IMG/VR virus record: IMGVR_UViG_3300049793_000366
Coordinates: 310,001 to 374,000 of that record
Direction: 5' to 3' (one strand)
Length of the DNA stretch: 64,000 bases
The notes under the pieces are model-generated. The model was not told where the DNA came from and ran no database searches. It saw only the letters and a list, made by a program, of their open reading frames with translations. Made by a program: the position numbers and the translations under genes. Position 1 is the first letter of the stretch. Every line of letters starts with the position of its first letter. Positions 16,607 to 26,779 of the stretch are shown piece by piece.

Positions 16607-17099
16607 CAAAACCAGAGTGTATTTCTCTGTGACAATTTGAACAGACTAACGCACATTTATCAAGTTCTATTTTGGCGTTGTTGTCAAATTTCCAAAGTCT
16701 TCGGTGTGCTATTGTGAAATCTTTATGTTCTGGTTCAATGTGATGAAATTCAAGTGATGCGTAACACCTATTGTAACCACACAACACGCAATTACCACCT
16801 TTGTATTCAAGACATTTTATTTTAAAAGCTCTCTGTCTTTCGATAGTTTGTTCAGTGGTACAAATTTTACAATATGTTAATAGCTTATTAGAGTTTTTTC
16901 TTTTATAAAACTCATCGACTGGTAAATGTGAGTCACATCTTTTGCAATATTTAATATCAGTATAATTAACCGGATTCGTCTTAAGTTCATATTTATTTAG
17001 CCAGTATTTTACTGTACCATATGAGCATTTCAATTCTTTAGCAATTTTACGTATTGATATATTTTTATCCACTAATTTTTGTAAATCTTCTTTAAGCAT
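16569..17099 (-). mobile_element. HNH homing endonuclease with N-terminal HTH
   Basis: SIRKIAKELKCSYGTVKYWL HTH; CVLCGY..SLEFHH..CALVCSNCHREIH; likely start at 17099. Confidence 0.85.
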
Positions 17100-17192
17100 T
17101 AAACAAACATCATTTATTTGTATATATTTGTATCTCAAAATGAAAAAAATATATTTTTGGCACATTGTCCGAAAATGTTTAATTTTACAAAT

Positions 17193-17402
17193 ATGACAAA
17201 CAAAGATTTACAAAAAGTAGCATTCATATCATTTATAGTTTGCTTTCTTGGTATAACATTCTTTTTCGGGATGTTAGCATCAATACATCCAGCCGTTAAA
17301 GTAACATTAACGGCTTTCTTTATGCAGATGCTTATGATATCACTAACATGGTCAGCATTTATGACCTTAACTTATAGAATTGCATATGGAAAAAAGAAGT
17401 AA
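17193..17402 (+). CDS. Small membrane protein
   Basis: Two hydrophobic segments. Confidence 0.5.
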   Translation: MTNKDLQKVAFISFIVCFLGITFFFGMLASIHPAVKVTLTAFFMQMLMISLTWSAFMTLTYRIAYGKKK

Positions 17403-17787
17403 ACAAATAATCGTAATGCGTAAAGACCTTAATATGCGTAAAGGTAAAATGGTCGCTCAAGGCGCACACGCATCTATGAAAGCAGTTTTAGACATGGGTA
17501 ATTTTAAACGTGAGTCTAAATTAAACTTCGTTCTGGAAATTGAAGAAGAGTCTGCTGTGATGAATTGGTTAGAAGGTAAGTTTACTAAAATTTGTGTATC
17601 AGTTGATTCGGAAGAAGAATTGATGGCAGTTTATGAACAGGCTAAAAATGTTGGTCTTCCTGTTGGTCTTATTACGGACTCTGGACTTACTGAATTCAAT
17701 GGTGTTCCAACCTTAACTTGTTGTGCTATCGGACCCGCCTGGGCAGAAGATATTGACAAAGTTACCAACAATCTAAAACTTCTATAA
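17380..17787 (+). CDS. pth2: Peptidyl-tRNA hydrolase type 2
   Basis: KQIIVMRKDLNMRKGKMVAQGAHA, KICV, DSGLTEF, TCCAIGP. Confidence 0.92.
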   Translation: MHMEKRSKQIIVMRKDLNMRKGKMVAQGAHASMKAVLDMGNFKRESKLNFVLEIEEESAVMNWLEGKFTKICVSVDSEEELMAVYEQAKNVGLPVGLITDSGLTEFNGVPTLTCCAIGPAWAEDIDKVTNNLKLL

Positions 17788-17945
17788 TGAAACTTCTAAT
17801 AATGCAGTGTACACATAGTAATTTTTGGTATGCTGACTTAATCGGAATTGAATTCGATATAGTTAGTGAATCTGTTAGAGATTACAATGTAGTACACAAT
17901 GGTACTATTAAGAGTATTCTCAAAATAGATGCTGTAAACATATAA

Positions 17946-18017
17946 GGGCAGGTGGACGAGAGAAATAGTCGGAAGCCCGCAAAGCTTCATACGGTGGTTC
18001 AATTCCATCCCTGCCCT
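17946..18017 (+). tRNA. tRNA-Cys (GCA) with C33
   Basis: GGGCAGG/CCTGCCC plus U73; GAAGC-CCGCAAA-GCTTC. Confidence 0.75.
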
Positions 18018-18031
18018 CTAAATTTAACGCA

Positions 18032-18307
18032 ATGTTTTTAAGCTTTAATGAATTAAACTTCACTGACCAAGTTATAATTGACTCATATATAAATATGGGA
18101 TATACACAACTGAATGGTGTTACCGCAAGTAACCCACATCTTTCTAAACAAGAATCCGGTAAGGAACTTATTCTAATGAGAGATTATAGTGGTATGTGGA
18201 CAGAAGCAATAGTTGATAATACACAGCAATTTAAATTACCAATACCGACTATATCATATACACCACAAGAGCTTTTAAGAAAATTACAAATCGATAAATT
18301 AATATAA
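18032..18307 (+). CDS. Hypothetical protein with C-terminal R-motif (RKLQIDKLI)
   Basis: 91-aa ORF. Confidence 0.6.
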   Translation: MFLSFNELNFTDQVIIDSYINMGYTQLNGVTASNPHLSKQESGKELILMRDYSGMWTEAIVDNTQQFKLPIPTISYTPQELLRKLQIDKLI

Positions 18308-18308
18308 A

Positions 18309-19316
18309 ATGGAATTTAGTAAACTATTAGTGGACAAAATCTCAGCAATTAAGGATAACAAAATTGCAACTATCATACTTGATAAGTATGATGATATCTA
18401 TGACGCACCATTTGATTATATCAATACAGGGTCGCGTAATGATTTGATTTCATTTTTACCGGAGAGTAAGCAAGAGAAGGCTTCTGAGAATGGTGATGAA
18501 TGGTCAGACTATCGCAATGAAGTTAAAGTTGGTAGATTTGTAAAACAATTCTTACACGAATTAGGTGATATTACTATATCATATACCGACCAGGACGTTG
18601 AAGATTTTGTAAATAAGTTTAAAGCCGCATCCACTAATGAGAACTATAAATTTGAAATAGTAGAGGGTGAAGATATCAGAACATGGTATTTAGATGATAA
18701 CTACGTTGAGTGTGGATATGGTTCCTTAATGGACTCGTGTATGAAAGATGAATACAAACAAAAGTATTTATCGCTATATGCTAAAAATAAAAAACAAATT
18801 AAATTAGTTTGTTTAATTGATAAAGAAAGTGACCTATTAATGGGTAGAGCATTATTATGGACATTAGATGAAAGTCCAAGTCCAAGTAAATTATTTATGG
18901 ATAGAGTTTATGTAGCAGAAGAATATTTATTCGAGCTATTTAAACAAAAGGCAGAAGAAGAAGAGTGGATGTATAAAGCTAATCAGTCAAATGATATAGC
19001 AAGAGGACAAGAATTTATCCACAAAGGTAAAAAATATCAAGGCTTAGCTAAAGTAAAATTATCAAAGTGGAGATTAAGCTACTATCCATATGTTGACTCT
19101 ATGACCTTCTTTAACGAGAAGAAAGGTGTCCTATTAAACAGAGGATTTAAAAATGCATTTCAATTACGCTCAGTAGATGGTGACGGATCTAATTGTTGTG
19201 ACTCATGTTCCGGTAAATGGGAATATGATTGTGACGACTGTTATGGTGAAGACACAAGCTGTGAAAACTGTGAGGGTAAAGGTGTGATTAAATGTGAAGA
19301 GTGTAACTTTGGATAA
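18309..19316 (+). CDS. SCM/RALLW/MDRxY family protein, paralog 1, with C-terminal Zn finger
   Basis: Shares motifs with ORFs at 23132 and 53520; four CxxC pairs at the C-terminus. Confidence 0.7.
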   Translation: MEFSKLLVDKISAIKDNKIATIILDKYDDIYDAPFDYINTGSRNDLISFLPESKQEKASENGDEWSDYRNEVKVGRFVKQFLHELGDITISYTDQDVEDFVNKFKAASTNENYKFEIVEGEDIRTWYLDDNYVECGYGSLMDSCMKDEYKQKYLSLYAKNKKQIKLVCLIDKESDLLMGRALLWTLDESPSPSKLFMDRVYVAEEYLFELFKQKAEEEEWMYKANQSNDIARGQEFIHKGKKYQGLAKVKLSKWRLSYYPYVDSMTFFNEKKGVLLNRGFKNAFQLRSVDGDGSNCCDSCSGKWEYDCDDCYGEDTSCENCEGKGVIKCEECNFG

Positions 19317-19317
19317 G

Positions 19318-20190
19318 TTAGAAACAACTTAGATATCTTTCACCACGGTCAGGCAGAACAGTAATAACATTACCTTTCATATCTGGGTACATTTTAAGTA
19401 GCTTCTCAGCCGCTAAAACGTTTGCACCAGAACTTATACCAACAAATAATCCGGACTCGGTAGCAAGTCTAATAGCTCTTTCTTTAGCTTCTTGTGTAGA
19501 TACAACTATTACATCATTTACTTCTTCAAGATTGACTAAGAATTTGCTACCGTCACCGATACCTTGTATTCCATGTAATCCTGGTTGACCACCACTCATA
19601 ACCGGAGATTCTGCTGGTTCAACAGCAACGATTCTCATATTTGGATGATATTGTTGTAGTAATCTTGAACAACCCATTAGCGTACCACCAGTTCCAGTAC
19701 CAGCTAAAAATGCGGCTATCTCTGATGTGTGTTGATGAAGAATCTCAACAGCAGTTCCTTCGTAATGTGCTTTTATGTTTTGTGGATTGGCAAATTGGTC
19801 AGTATTGAAATAACCATTTTGTTTTGATAATTGGTCGCGTAATGAAATAGCCGCTTCGAAATCACCAGCACCTACTTCAATTAATTCAGCACCATAAAAC
19901 CTAAGCATTTGCTTTCTCTCATCACTCATATTAGATGGCATAACAATTTTTACTTTATAGCCTCTCTCTGCACCCAAAAAAGCAAAAGCAATACCCGAAT
20001 TACCAGATGTTGCTTCTATTATTGTATCTCCTTTGTGAAGTAGTCCGTTTTGTTCCGCATCATTAAGAATATAAGATGCCATTCTGTCTTTTATAGAGCC
20101 ACTTGGATTACATCCTTCAAATTTAGCCCAAACTCTATCGCTGACTTTTAATAATGGTGTTTTCCCAACACAATTTGATAATTTATTCAC
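19318..20190 (-). CDS. cysK: Cysteine synthase (O-acetylserine sulfhydrylase, CysK/CysM family)
   Basis: GKTPL, KFEGCNPSGSIKDR (PLP lysine), EATSGNSG, GTGTGGT, GISSGA; likely GTG start at 20190. Confidence 0.92.
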   Translation of the reverse strand: MNKLSNCVGKTPLLKVSDRVWAKFEGCNPSGSIKDRMASYILNDAEQNGLLHKGDTIIEATSGNSGIAFAFLGAERGYKVKIVMPSNMSDERKQMLRFYGAELIEVGAGDFEAAISLRDQLSKQNGYFNTDQFANPQNIKAHYEGTAVEILHQHTSEIAAFLAGTGTGGTLMGCSRLLQQYHPNMRIVAVEPAESPVMSGGQPGLHGIQGIGDGSKFLVNLEEVNDVIVVSTQEAKERAIRLATESGLFVGISSGANVLAAEKLLKMYPDMKGNVITVLPDRGERYLSCF

Positions 20191-20305
20191 GCTTCGTAAA
20201 CTACTTTTTTGCGGGCATAGAAGGGAGCGAATCTTCATATGCCCATGGCTTGTAACCATTGCACGGTCCTAAGACGTACATAAAAATTATTTATTATATA
20301 TTAAT

Positions 20306-21334
20306 TTAACTAAAGCCTTTAGAAGATTTTAATGATTTAACTATTTCAATCTCTTCATCAGAGAGATTTTTTGGTATTTTGACGTTTACTTTTACATAGA
20401 AATCGCCACGATTTCCATAATTAACATCCGGTAATCCCTTACCTGGTAGTCTATATAACTTACCAGATTCAATACCATTTTCGACAGTTACTTTGAATTG
20501 AGATTCAACACCATCGATTAATAGTTCACAACCAAGAATAGCATCTGGTATTGATATGTATTCTTCAACCATTAAATCATTACCGTTTCTTTTAATAGTC
20601 GGGTGTTTTTCCTCTTCTATTAAAATTTGTAAATCACCAGCAGCTGCATTCGCGGCGTAATTACCATAACCAGCCATACTCAACATAAGACCATTATAAA
20701 CACCTGGTGGTATTCTAATGTCGATTGTTTCTGTTACCGATTTAACTCCACTACCAACACAAGTTTTACACTTATTAATAATGTTTTCACCAGTTCCACT
20801 ACAAGATGAACAAGTATATGCTTGATTTATTCTACCATATGGTGTAGATTGAACTTTAACTTGTTGCCCAGATCCACCACACATAACACAAGCTCTGATA
20901 TCAGAACCACCTCTACCGCTACAATCATTACACGGTGTATTGCGATTATACTTTATCTTTTTCTCACAACCATTTAATATATCAGATAAATCAACAGTTA
21001 CTTTAACTCTTAAACCCTGTCCTTTTCTTTGTTGCTGTCTACCTCTTTGTTGACCAAATATGTCACCAAACTGACTAAATATATCACCCATATCGAATCC
21101 ACCACCAAAGCCACCACTTCTACCATCTGCTGTTCCGAATGTATCGTAATTTTGCTTTTTCTCAGGGTCAGATAATACCGAATATGCCTCTGCTACTTGT
21201 TTAAATTTCTCTTCGGCTTCTTTATTATCTGGATTTTTATCAGGATGATACTTAATAGCTAATTTTCTATATGACTTTTTAATTTCATCCTCAGTAGCTC
21301 CTTTTTTTAATCCTAATGTCTCGTAATAATTCAT
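20306..21334 (-). CDS. dnaJ: DnaJ chaperone
   Basis: J domain HPD, G/F region, four CxxCxGxG repeats. Confidence 0.95.
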   Translation of the reverse strand: MNYYETLGLKKGATEDEIKKSYRKLAIKYHPDKNPDNKEAEEKFKQVAEAYSVLSDPEKKQNYDTFGTADGRSGGFGGGFDMGDIFSQFGDIFGQQRGRQQQRKGQGLRVKVTVDLSDILNGCEKKIKYNRNTPCNDCSGRGGSDIRACVMCGGSGQQVKVQSTPYGRINQAYTCSSCSGTGENIINKCKTCVGSGVKSVTETIDIRIPPGVYNGLMLSMAGYGNYAANAAAGDLQILIEEEKHPTIKRNGNDLMVEEYISIPDAILGCELLIDGVESQFKVTVENGIESGKLYRLPGKGLPDVNYGNRGDFYVKVNVKIPKNLSDEEIEIVKSLKSSKGFS

Positions 21335-21552
21335 ATCAATAACGTATTTATTTGTTTTCGCCTATGTTCGGCTTTTATTTCTTCTGGTGTCATTACTTCA
21401 ACCAATGGTGAACCACATGAACCCATATTAGTCCTAATATCTATTAATGAACCTAAATTCCCTATCCAAATATTTGGATCTGCGGTGGGTATCATCGGAG
21501 CGCCAAGATTATCAATTATTTGTGGCATCGACTTCACTTGGTTCTTCTTCAT
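21331..21552 (-). CDS. Hypothetical protein with C-terminal R-motif (RRKQINTLL)
   Basis: Small ORF in the grpE-dnaJ cluster. Confidence 0.55.
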   Translation of the reverse strand: MKKNQVKSMPQIIDNLGAPMIPTADPNIWIGNLGSLIDIRTNMGSCGSPLVEVMTPEEIKAEHRRKQINTLLI

Positions 21553-21847
21553 CCTCTTTACTACGTAGCATCTCTAATAAGTTCTCATAGTTAATCGAAA
21601 ACAATTCAGACACTTCATCAACGCTTAATTGTAAGTTTAAATCACTTAAAATCTCGTTAATGCTTATTATAATGTCTGTATTTACTTCACCATTAGTTTC
21701 AATAACATACAAATCAGGGTTTGTATCTATCTCTATTTGGAAATCATCCTCAGTCATTTGACCTTGGTCTAGTAACCAGCTTAGATTAAGAAAGTTATTT
21801 TTCTTCATAAGATTCTTAACCATTGATTTGTATAGTTCTTCTTTCAT
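21512..21847 (-). CDS. Acidic hypothetical protein
   Basis: 111-aa ORF. Confidence 0.6.
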   Translation of the reverse strand: MKEELYKSMVKNLMKKNNFLNLSWLLDQGQMTEDDFQIEIDTNPDLYVIETNGEVNTDIIISINEILSDLNLQLSVDEVSELFSINYENLLEMLRSKEDEEEPSEVDATNN

Positions 21848-21852
21848 TTGAT

Positions 21853-22353
21853 TTATTTTTTTCCTAAAATTATTTTTGGATAGCGAATTACTTTACCATT
21901 TAAAATATATCCTTTAGAAAGGACTTCAACTATTCTATCTTCACCAACAGGTAAAACAGATACTACTTCGTGTAAATCAACGTCATATACATCTGTCTGT
22001 ACCTCTTGTATACCTTGACTAGTTATGAACTTTGTCAATTTATCAAAGATTAGGTTTAAACCACTTCTCTGTGATTCATCAAGTTTATTTATTTCAGACT
22101 TAGCATACTTTAAATCATTATCCAAGTCAAGAACACCGTTTAATGCTTTTATTTTAGCATATTCGACAGCATCTTCTTTGTCTTTCTGAGAACGCTTTTT
22201 ATAGTTCTCAAATTCAGCGTATAATCTAACGTATTTATCGTTAGCTTCATCTCTATCCTTCTTAAGTGTTGAGATGGTTTCTTTACAAGAGCATTTTTTT
22301 ACTTCTGTGGCTTCATCCTTGTTACAGCCACAATTTTCACCGCAATTACTCAT
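21853..22353 (-). CDS. grpE: Nucleotide exchange factor GrpE
   Basis: RLYAEFENYKKR, YDVDLHEVV, KGYILNGKVIRYPKI. Confidence 0.9.
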   Translation of the reverse strand: MSNCGENCGCNKDEATEVKKCSCKETISTLKKDRDEANDKYVRLYAEFENYKKRSQKDKEDAVEYAKIKALNGVLDLDNDLKYAKSEINKLDESQRSGLNLIFDKLTKFITSQGIQEVQTDVYDVDLHEVVSVLPVGEDRIVEVLSKGYILNGKVIRYPKIILGKK

Positions 22354-22576
22354 TTATACCAAGCATTTTTTTTAAATATTCCATACTGACCATAGGTTCC
22401 CCCATTTTAGCAAGCTCCATCATTATCTTAATCTTCTCAGCTTCCATCTCATTTTCTTTTAGGCTATCGATATTCCGAATAGCCCTATTAAACAAGATTC
22501 TTTGTTTATCAGATAAATATGAATACTGCTGTATCATCCTATCCAATTTCAATTGGTCTAAGTCAACTTCGTTCAT
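22346..22576 (-). CDS. Hypothetical protein
   Basis: ORF coupled to its neighbours. Confidence 0.55.
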   Translation of the reverse strand: MNEVDLDQLKLDRMIQQYSYLSDKQRILFNRAIRNIDSLKENEMEAEKIKIMMELAKMGEPMVSMEYLKKMLGINE

Positions 22577-23067
22577 TAGTAGTTATGAAAACTTAAGCAT
22601 TTTTTAACAGCATTTGAAACATAAAACTCGTGAGTTCCAGTTTGGTCAGTGATGTTTAATATTTGAAGACCAGCTAAATCAACCTTTAATTCGTCTACAT
22701 AAGCTTGTAAATCAGCTAATCCTTTAGCATATCCTGTTTCTGGTACCCAGAATTTTGTTGGAAATTTGTCAAAAAACTTATCAACCAATAAATCGATAAC
22801 TTTCTTTTTAATAACAACGTCATCACTACATTTCACAGACTTAACAGTAAGGTAGTGATACATATAGTCATTGAATTTGTGGATAAGGTTATCCGACTCA
22901 ATTACCTTCAATAAGCCACAAACAAGAGCATCCCTTTCAGATAATTCCACTTCTTTGTCTTCTTTAATCAACTGTTCGATATTCTTGTCGGATCCTAATA
23001 CGTAATGTACGTAGGTGTCCCATACGCAGCGTTTTATTAATCCAGTTGGGCAAATTTGTATTTTCAT
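22576..23067 (-). CDS. Hypothetical protein
   Basis: 163-aa ORF. Confidence 0.65.
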   Translation of the reverse strand: MKIQICPTGLIKRCVWDTYVHYVLGSDKNIEQLIKEDKEVELSERDALVCGLLKVIESDNLIHKFNDYMYHYLTVKSVKCSDDVVIKKKVIDLLVDKFFDKFPTKFWVPETGYAKGLADLQAYVDELKVDLAGLQILNITDQTGTHEFYVSNAVKKCLSFHNY

Positions 23068-23131
23068 ATGATTACAATAATTTTTATGAAATTATATCCC
23101 TTATTAGCAATAAGTTTTAATATATACTTAA

Positions 23132-25261
23132 ATGAAACATCTTAACCAATTTTATAACCACTTATTACTTGAATCCGTAATATTAGCATCCGACGAGGTT
23201 TCTGAGATTCTGTCAAAATGTATCAAAACCAAAGTCGGCTTAGAGCTTTGGCTAATAATTGGTGATAAAAAAGATGTAACTACTGATTTTAACACACTTG
23301 GGTTAAGCGATAAGAATGATGAGTTATTCTTCCTTCCTGACGCTAAAACGCAGAAATTGGTTGATGCTGGTGAAACACCATTTGGTAAAAACAAGCAGGC
23401 TATGAAGATTGGTAGAATTGCTAGAGCAATTTTATCAAAAAATGGTATAACCGTAAGCGATAAGGATATTGAAGAATTTGTTAATGAGTATAAAGCTCAA
23501 TTCGATATACAGAAGAATAAGGAATCAAATGTAGAAGTAATAAAGCTTGTAGAAGGCGAAGATATTAGATTCTGGTATAACGAAGATAATTATCAAGATG
23601 ATGGTTTATATGGCACTGAATTGGGTCAATCTTGTATGAGATACAACCGTTGTCAAGAATATCTTGACATATATGTTGAGAATCCTGGTCAATGTAAATT
23701 ATTAATATACCTAAATACTGATAATCAACTAAAAGCAAGAGCTTTGGTTTGGAAATTACATTATCCAGATGAGCATTACTTTATGGATAGACCATATACT
23801 ATTAATAGCTCAGATGCTTTAGTTATGGCTCAATGGTTATGTGAGAACTTACCAGGTGATGAACCGATAATATTTTATAGTAAAAGACCAACACATGATA
23901 GAGTAGCGCAACGTTCAATTAGTGGTGCTGAGGTAATTTTATCAAAATCTGAATTTGATTACTACCCATATATGGACACTTTTATGTATTTATCAACCAA
24001 TGATGATAGAATATCTACACAAGAAGACGAAGGTGATTATGAATTACAATCGACTGATGGGTATCGTACTGAAACAGGAATTTATTGTGAATACGAAGGT
24101 GATAACTATCCAGAGAGTGAAGTTGTTTACTCTGATTATCATAATGTAAGTATGCGTGAGTCTAATGCTACTTATTCTGATTATCACGATACATATATAT
24201 GGAGTGATGATGCAGTTCGTTCTGAAAAGTTGGATGATTACATACATAAAGATGTAGCAGTATATTCAGAACACTTAAATGACTACTTAGTAGGAGATGA
24301 TTCAGTTAAAGTTTATTTAGATGCTGATGATGATACATCTGATTACTACCCAGAGGATGATAAAGATATATTTGCTGAAGATGGTTACAGTGGTAATAAT
24401 TATTTACTTGATTTACTAATTGAACAAGATGAAGTTTTTATACTTAAGAAATATGCTATAAAGGTATATTCATCATCTGATAATAAACCAGAGATGTTAT
24501 TAGATCCTGTTATCTCAGAATTAGATGCTAAGTTATTTAGAGTTAAGGTTAATATATCAAGTGAGAAGATAATGGATAAAAGAGAATACTATGACTTTAA
24601 AATTAAAAATCATGGTCCATATGACGCTTGGATAGAACTTGTGAATAACACCAAAGCTTCTAAGACATTAAAGAATAGAAAGATATCTGAATTAGTAGAA
24701 GCACACCAAGCACTGATGCTTGATACTGATTATAAATTTGAATACCTTATCAGTAAAGAGGGTGGTGTAGAAGAGATTTTAAGTAAGTGGAAAAATAAGA
24801 TAGCTGACTTTGCTAAAACAATAAAGAGAAAAGATATTACCGATGCTGCTAAAGAAGCATTAAGTTATCGTACTGCATTGTTTGGTAATTATTATTACAC
24901 TGAGAAGAAAGATTTCATCGAAGCTGATGAAGATACTAAGAAGAGATTAAATGAATTGGTTACAATTATGTTTAAATGTTTACCAAGTTATTTAGGTGCC
25001 TATAAAAGAAAGGGTTTCTTACACTCATACACAAGTGGTTCATTAGGTGATAGAGATATTCTATACTCTATATTGAAGCCTACATTACAAGATAATCTTC
25101 CGGAAGTTAGTAAAGATGAACTATCAAGACAAGGTTCTAAAATAGTAAACACATTTAGAGCCGTTTATAGTCAATTATTGAGTCCTGTTTTTGAAGATGG
25201 TGGTAATGATTTAGCGAAACTATTACAGTACGCTCACAGTAAAGGTGAATTAAAAATCTAA
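23132..25261 (+). CDS. SCM/RALVW/MDRxY family protein, paralog 2; putative internal head protein
   Basis: N-terminal MKHLNQFYNHLLLES; TAATATATA promoter; YSDYH-type repeats. Confidence 0.7.
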   Translation: MKHLNQFYNHLLLESVILASDEVSEILSKCIKTKVGLELWLIIGDKKDVTTDFNTLGLSDKNDELFFLPDAKTQKLVDAGETPFGKNKQAMKIGRIARAILSKNGITVSDKDIEEFVNEYKAQFDIQKNKESNVEVIKLVEGEDIRFWYNEDNYQDDGLYGTELGQSCMRYNRCQEYLDIYVENPGQCKLLIYLNTDNQLKARALVWKLHYPDEHYFMDRPYTINSSDALVMAQWLCENLPGDEPIIFYSKRPTHDRVAQRSISGAEVILSKSEFDYYPYMDTFMYLSTNDDRISTQEDEGDYELQSTDGYRTETGIYCEYEGDNYPESEVVYSDYHNVSMRESNATYSDYHDTYIWSDDAVRSEKLDDYIHKDVAVYSEHLNDYLVGDDSVKVYLDADDDTSDYYPEDDKDIFAEDGYSGNNYLLDLLIEQDEVFILKKYAIKVYSSSDNKPEMLLDPVISELDAKLFRVKVNISSEKIMDKREYYDFKIKNHGPYDAWIELVNNTKASKTLKNRKISELVEAHQALMLDTDYKFEYLISKEGGVEEILSKWKNKIADFAKTIKRKDITDAAKEALSYRTALFGNYYYTEKKDFIEADEDTKKRLNELVTIMFKCLPSYLGAYKRKGFLHSYTSGSLGDRDILYSILKPTLQDNLPEVSKDELSRQGSKIVNTFRAVYSQLLSPVFEDGGNDLAKLLQYAHSKGELKI

Positions 25262-25590
25262 AGTAATTTTCTTTCGATAACGTAAGAGTTTTCTTCACTT
25301 AATAATTTATAAGTGTAGTGTATGTGTTCACACGTTTCTGAAAATTGTGATACATCATCAACACTTAAATTAAACCACTCACCGCTTATTCTTTTTTCTT
25401 TAAATCTTCTTTTCAATGAAGATTCTATTTTCGTTCCCCACTTAGATTGAAAGGTATCAATTAATGTCAAGTTAGATGCATTACCTGTTTGGAATTCTCG
25501 CATTCTATCTTCTGGTGTTCTTCTAGTCCAACCAATTTTATATACAATCGTATCTTGTAATTCAGCAGATACTAAATAAACTGTTATCAT
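25258..25590 (-). CDS. GIY-YIG family nuclease (T5orf172/MUG113-like)
   Basis: VYL..YKIGWT..PEDRMREFQTGN..IES..GEWFNL. Confidence 0.85.
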   Translation of the reverse strand: MITVYLVSAELQDTIVYKIGWTRRTPEDRMREFQTGNASNLTLIDTFQSKWGTKIESSLKRRFKEKRISGEWFNLSVDDVSQFSETCEHIHYTYKLLSEENSYVIERKLL

Positions 25591-26285
25591 TTAACATTAT
25601 GAATTGATTTTAGGTGTAAGTAAAGCAAGTGAGCATCATTACAATCTTCAAGTGGTTTCTTAATATCTTTATTACAAAGAACATCACCACTTATTGTTTT
25701 TAGAAATGTTGAATAAGAGTCTGTGAAATTATTATTCTCTATAATAGCTTTAAACATATCAGTCTTGGTGAATTTACCACCAGATGTACCTTCGTTGTTT
25801 CTCCATTCTAATTTTGGCTTCTTCTTACCAACATCTATTGGTTGATATGTTAACTTACAAGCTTCGAGTTTCAATGAGAGTGGTGATATAACCAATAGGT
25901 CAGCAGATACTCTCTCCATTATCTTTCTTCTTAGTAGTGTACCAAAAGTAACTAAGTCAATTAAGTCACCAGCTTCCGAACCAAATGAGTAACCTTCAAT
26001 TGCTACTTTTGTTTCTTCATTTGGATTTATATTATCTAAAATATCAGAAATTATTTGATTAGTTACCAAATCATAATCTGACATCTTTATCAATTCACCC
26101 TCAGAATAACTTTCATATCTTCTTAAGTTAATGAACTTATAATCTATGTGTTGCTCACATAATTTAAACCATTTAGACATCCCTGTTTTACCATAAGCAG
26201 TTGATTCTCTGCAATAGTTTAGCATTTTCCCATTAACATTAACGGCTGTTGATATAATTGATGGGTCTAACGCGACTAAATTCAT
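25587..26285 (-). CDS. RuvC-like Holliday junction resolvase
   Basis: VALDPS, VAIEGYSFGS, EDCNDA acidic motifs of the RNase H fold. Confidence 0.75.
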   Translation of the reverse strand: MNLVALDPSIISTAVNVNGKMLNYCRESTAYGKTGMSKWFKLCEQHIDYKFINLRRYESYSEGELIKMSDYDLVTNQIISDILDNINPNEETKVAIEGYSFGSEAGDLIDLVTFGTLLRRKIMERVSADLLVISPLSLKLEACKLTYQPIDVGKKKPKLEWRNNEGTSGGKFTKTDMFKAIIENNNFTDSYSTFLKTISGDVLCNKDIKKPLEDCNDAHLLYLHLKSIHNVK

Positions 26286-26343
26286 TAAAACTTATTTATT
26301 TTAGAAGTATATATAGAAGAATACTAACTTCATCGATAACTTT

Positions 26344-26724
26344 ATGGAAAAATTATACAGCATATACAAGCAATTATTTGGCATGGAAAACCAAAAAACA
26401 CCAGAGGCACCAACGACTGATAACGAATGGACTATGTTAGATGAAGGTGATTACGAAAAAGTTAAGCATAAGCTTGATAAAATGATTAAAGACTACAATT
26501 TAAGTAGACATGAGACCGAAACCGAAATTGACGGACAAAAATATACGGTAGAAAGTTGGTTGACTGATAAGGGTGAAATGGTCATACAGCGCATCTATCA
26601 GGCAAAACCAAAAGAAAAACCAGATTTAATCAAAGAACTGCAAGATAAACTAAATCAAGCAGTTACGGATGAGAATTACGAAGAAGCCGCTAGAATTCAA
26701 TCAGAATTAAATAAACTTCTGTAA
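26344..26724 (+). CDS. UVR-domain protein
   Basis: LQDKLNQAVTDENYEEAARIQSEL. Confidence 0.75.
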   Translation: MEKLYSIYKQLFGMENQKTPEAPTTDNEWTMLDEGDYEKVKHKLDKMIKDYNLSRHETETEIDGQKYTVESWLTDKGEMVIQRIYQAKPKEKPDLIKELQDKLNQAVTDENYEEAARIQSELNKLL

Positions 26725-26744
26725 ATATTTGCACAGTTCAAATA

Positions 26745-26759
26745 TTGTCCGTATATTTG
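26745..26759 (+). promoter_or_regulatory. Extended host-type promoter TTGTCCGTATATTTG
   Basis: Variants also at about 28090, 39338, 39613, 46966 and 51818; plain TAnnTTTG at 6949, 16329, 41852, 44979, 49857. Confidence 0.65.
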
Positions 26760-26779
26760 TGTTATATTAAAAAACACGG

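Noticed and set aside
16056-16656. Minus-strand ORFs 16056-16421 and 16315-16656
   Set aside because: Antisense to a gene, a structured RNA and tRNA-Arg
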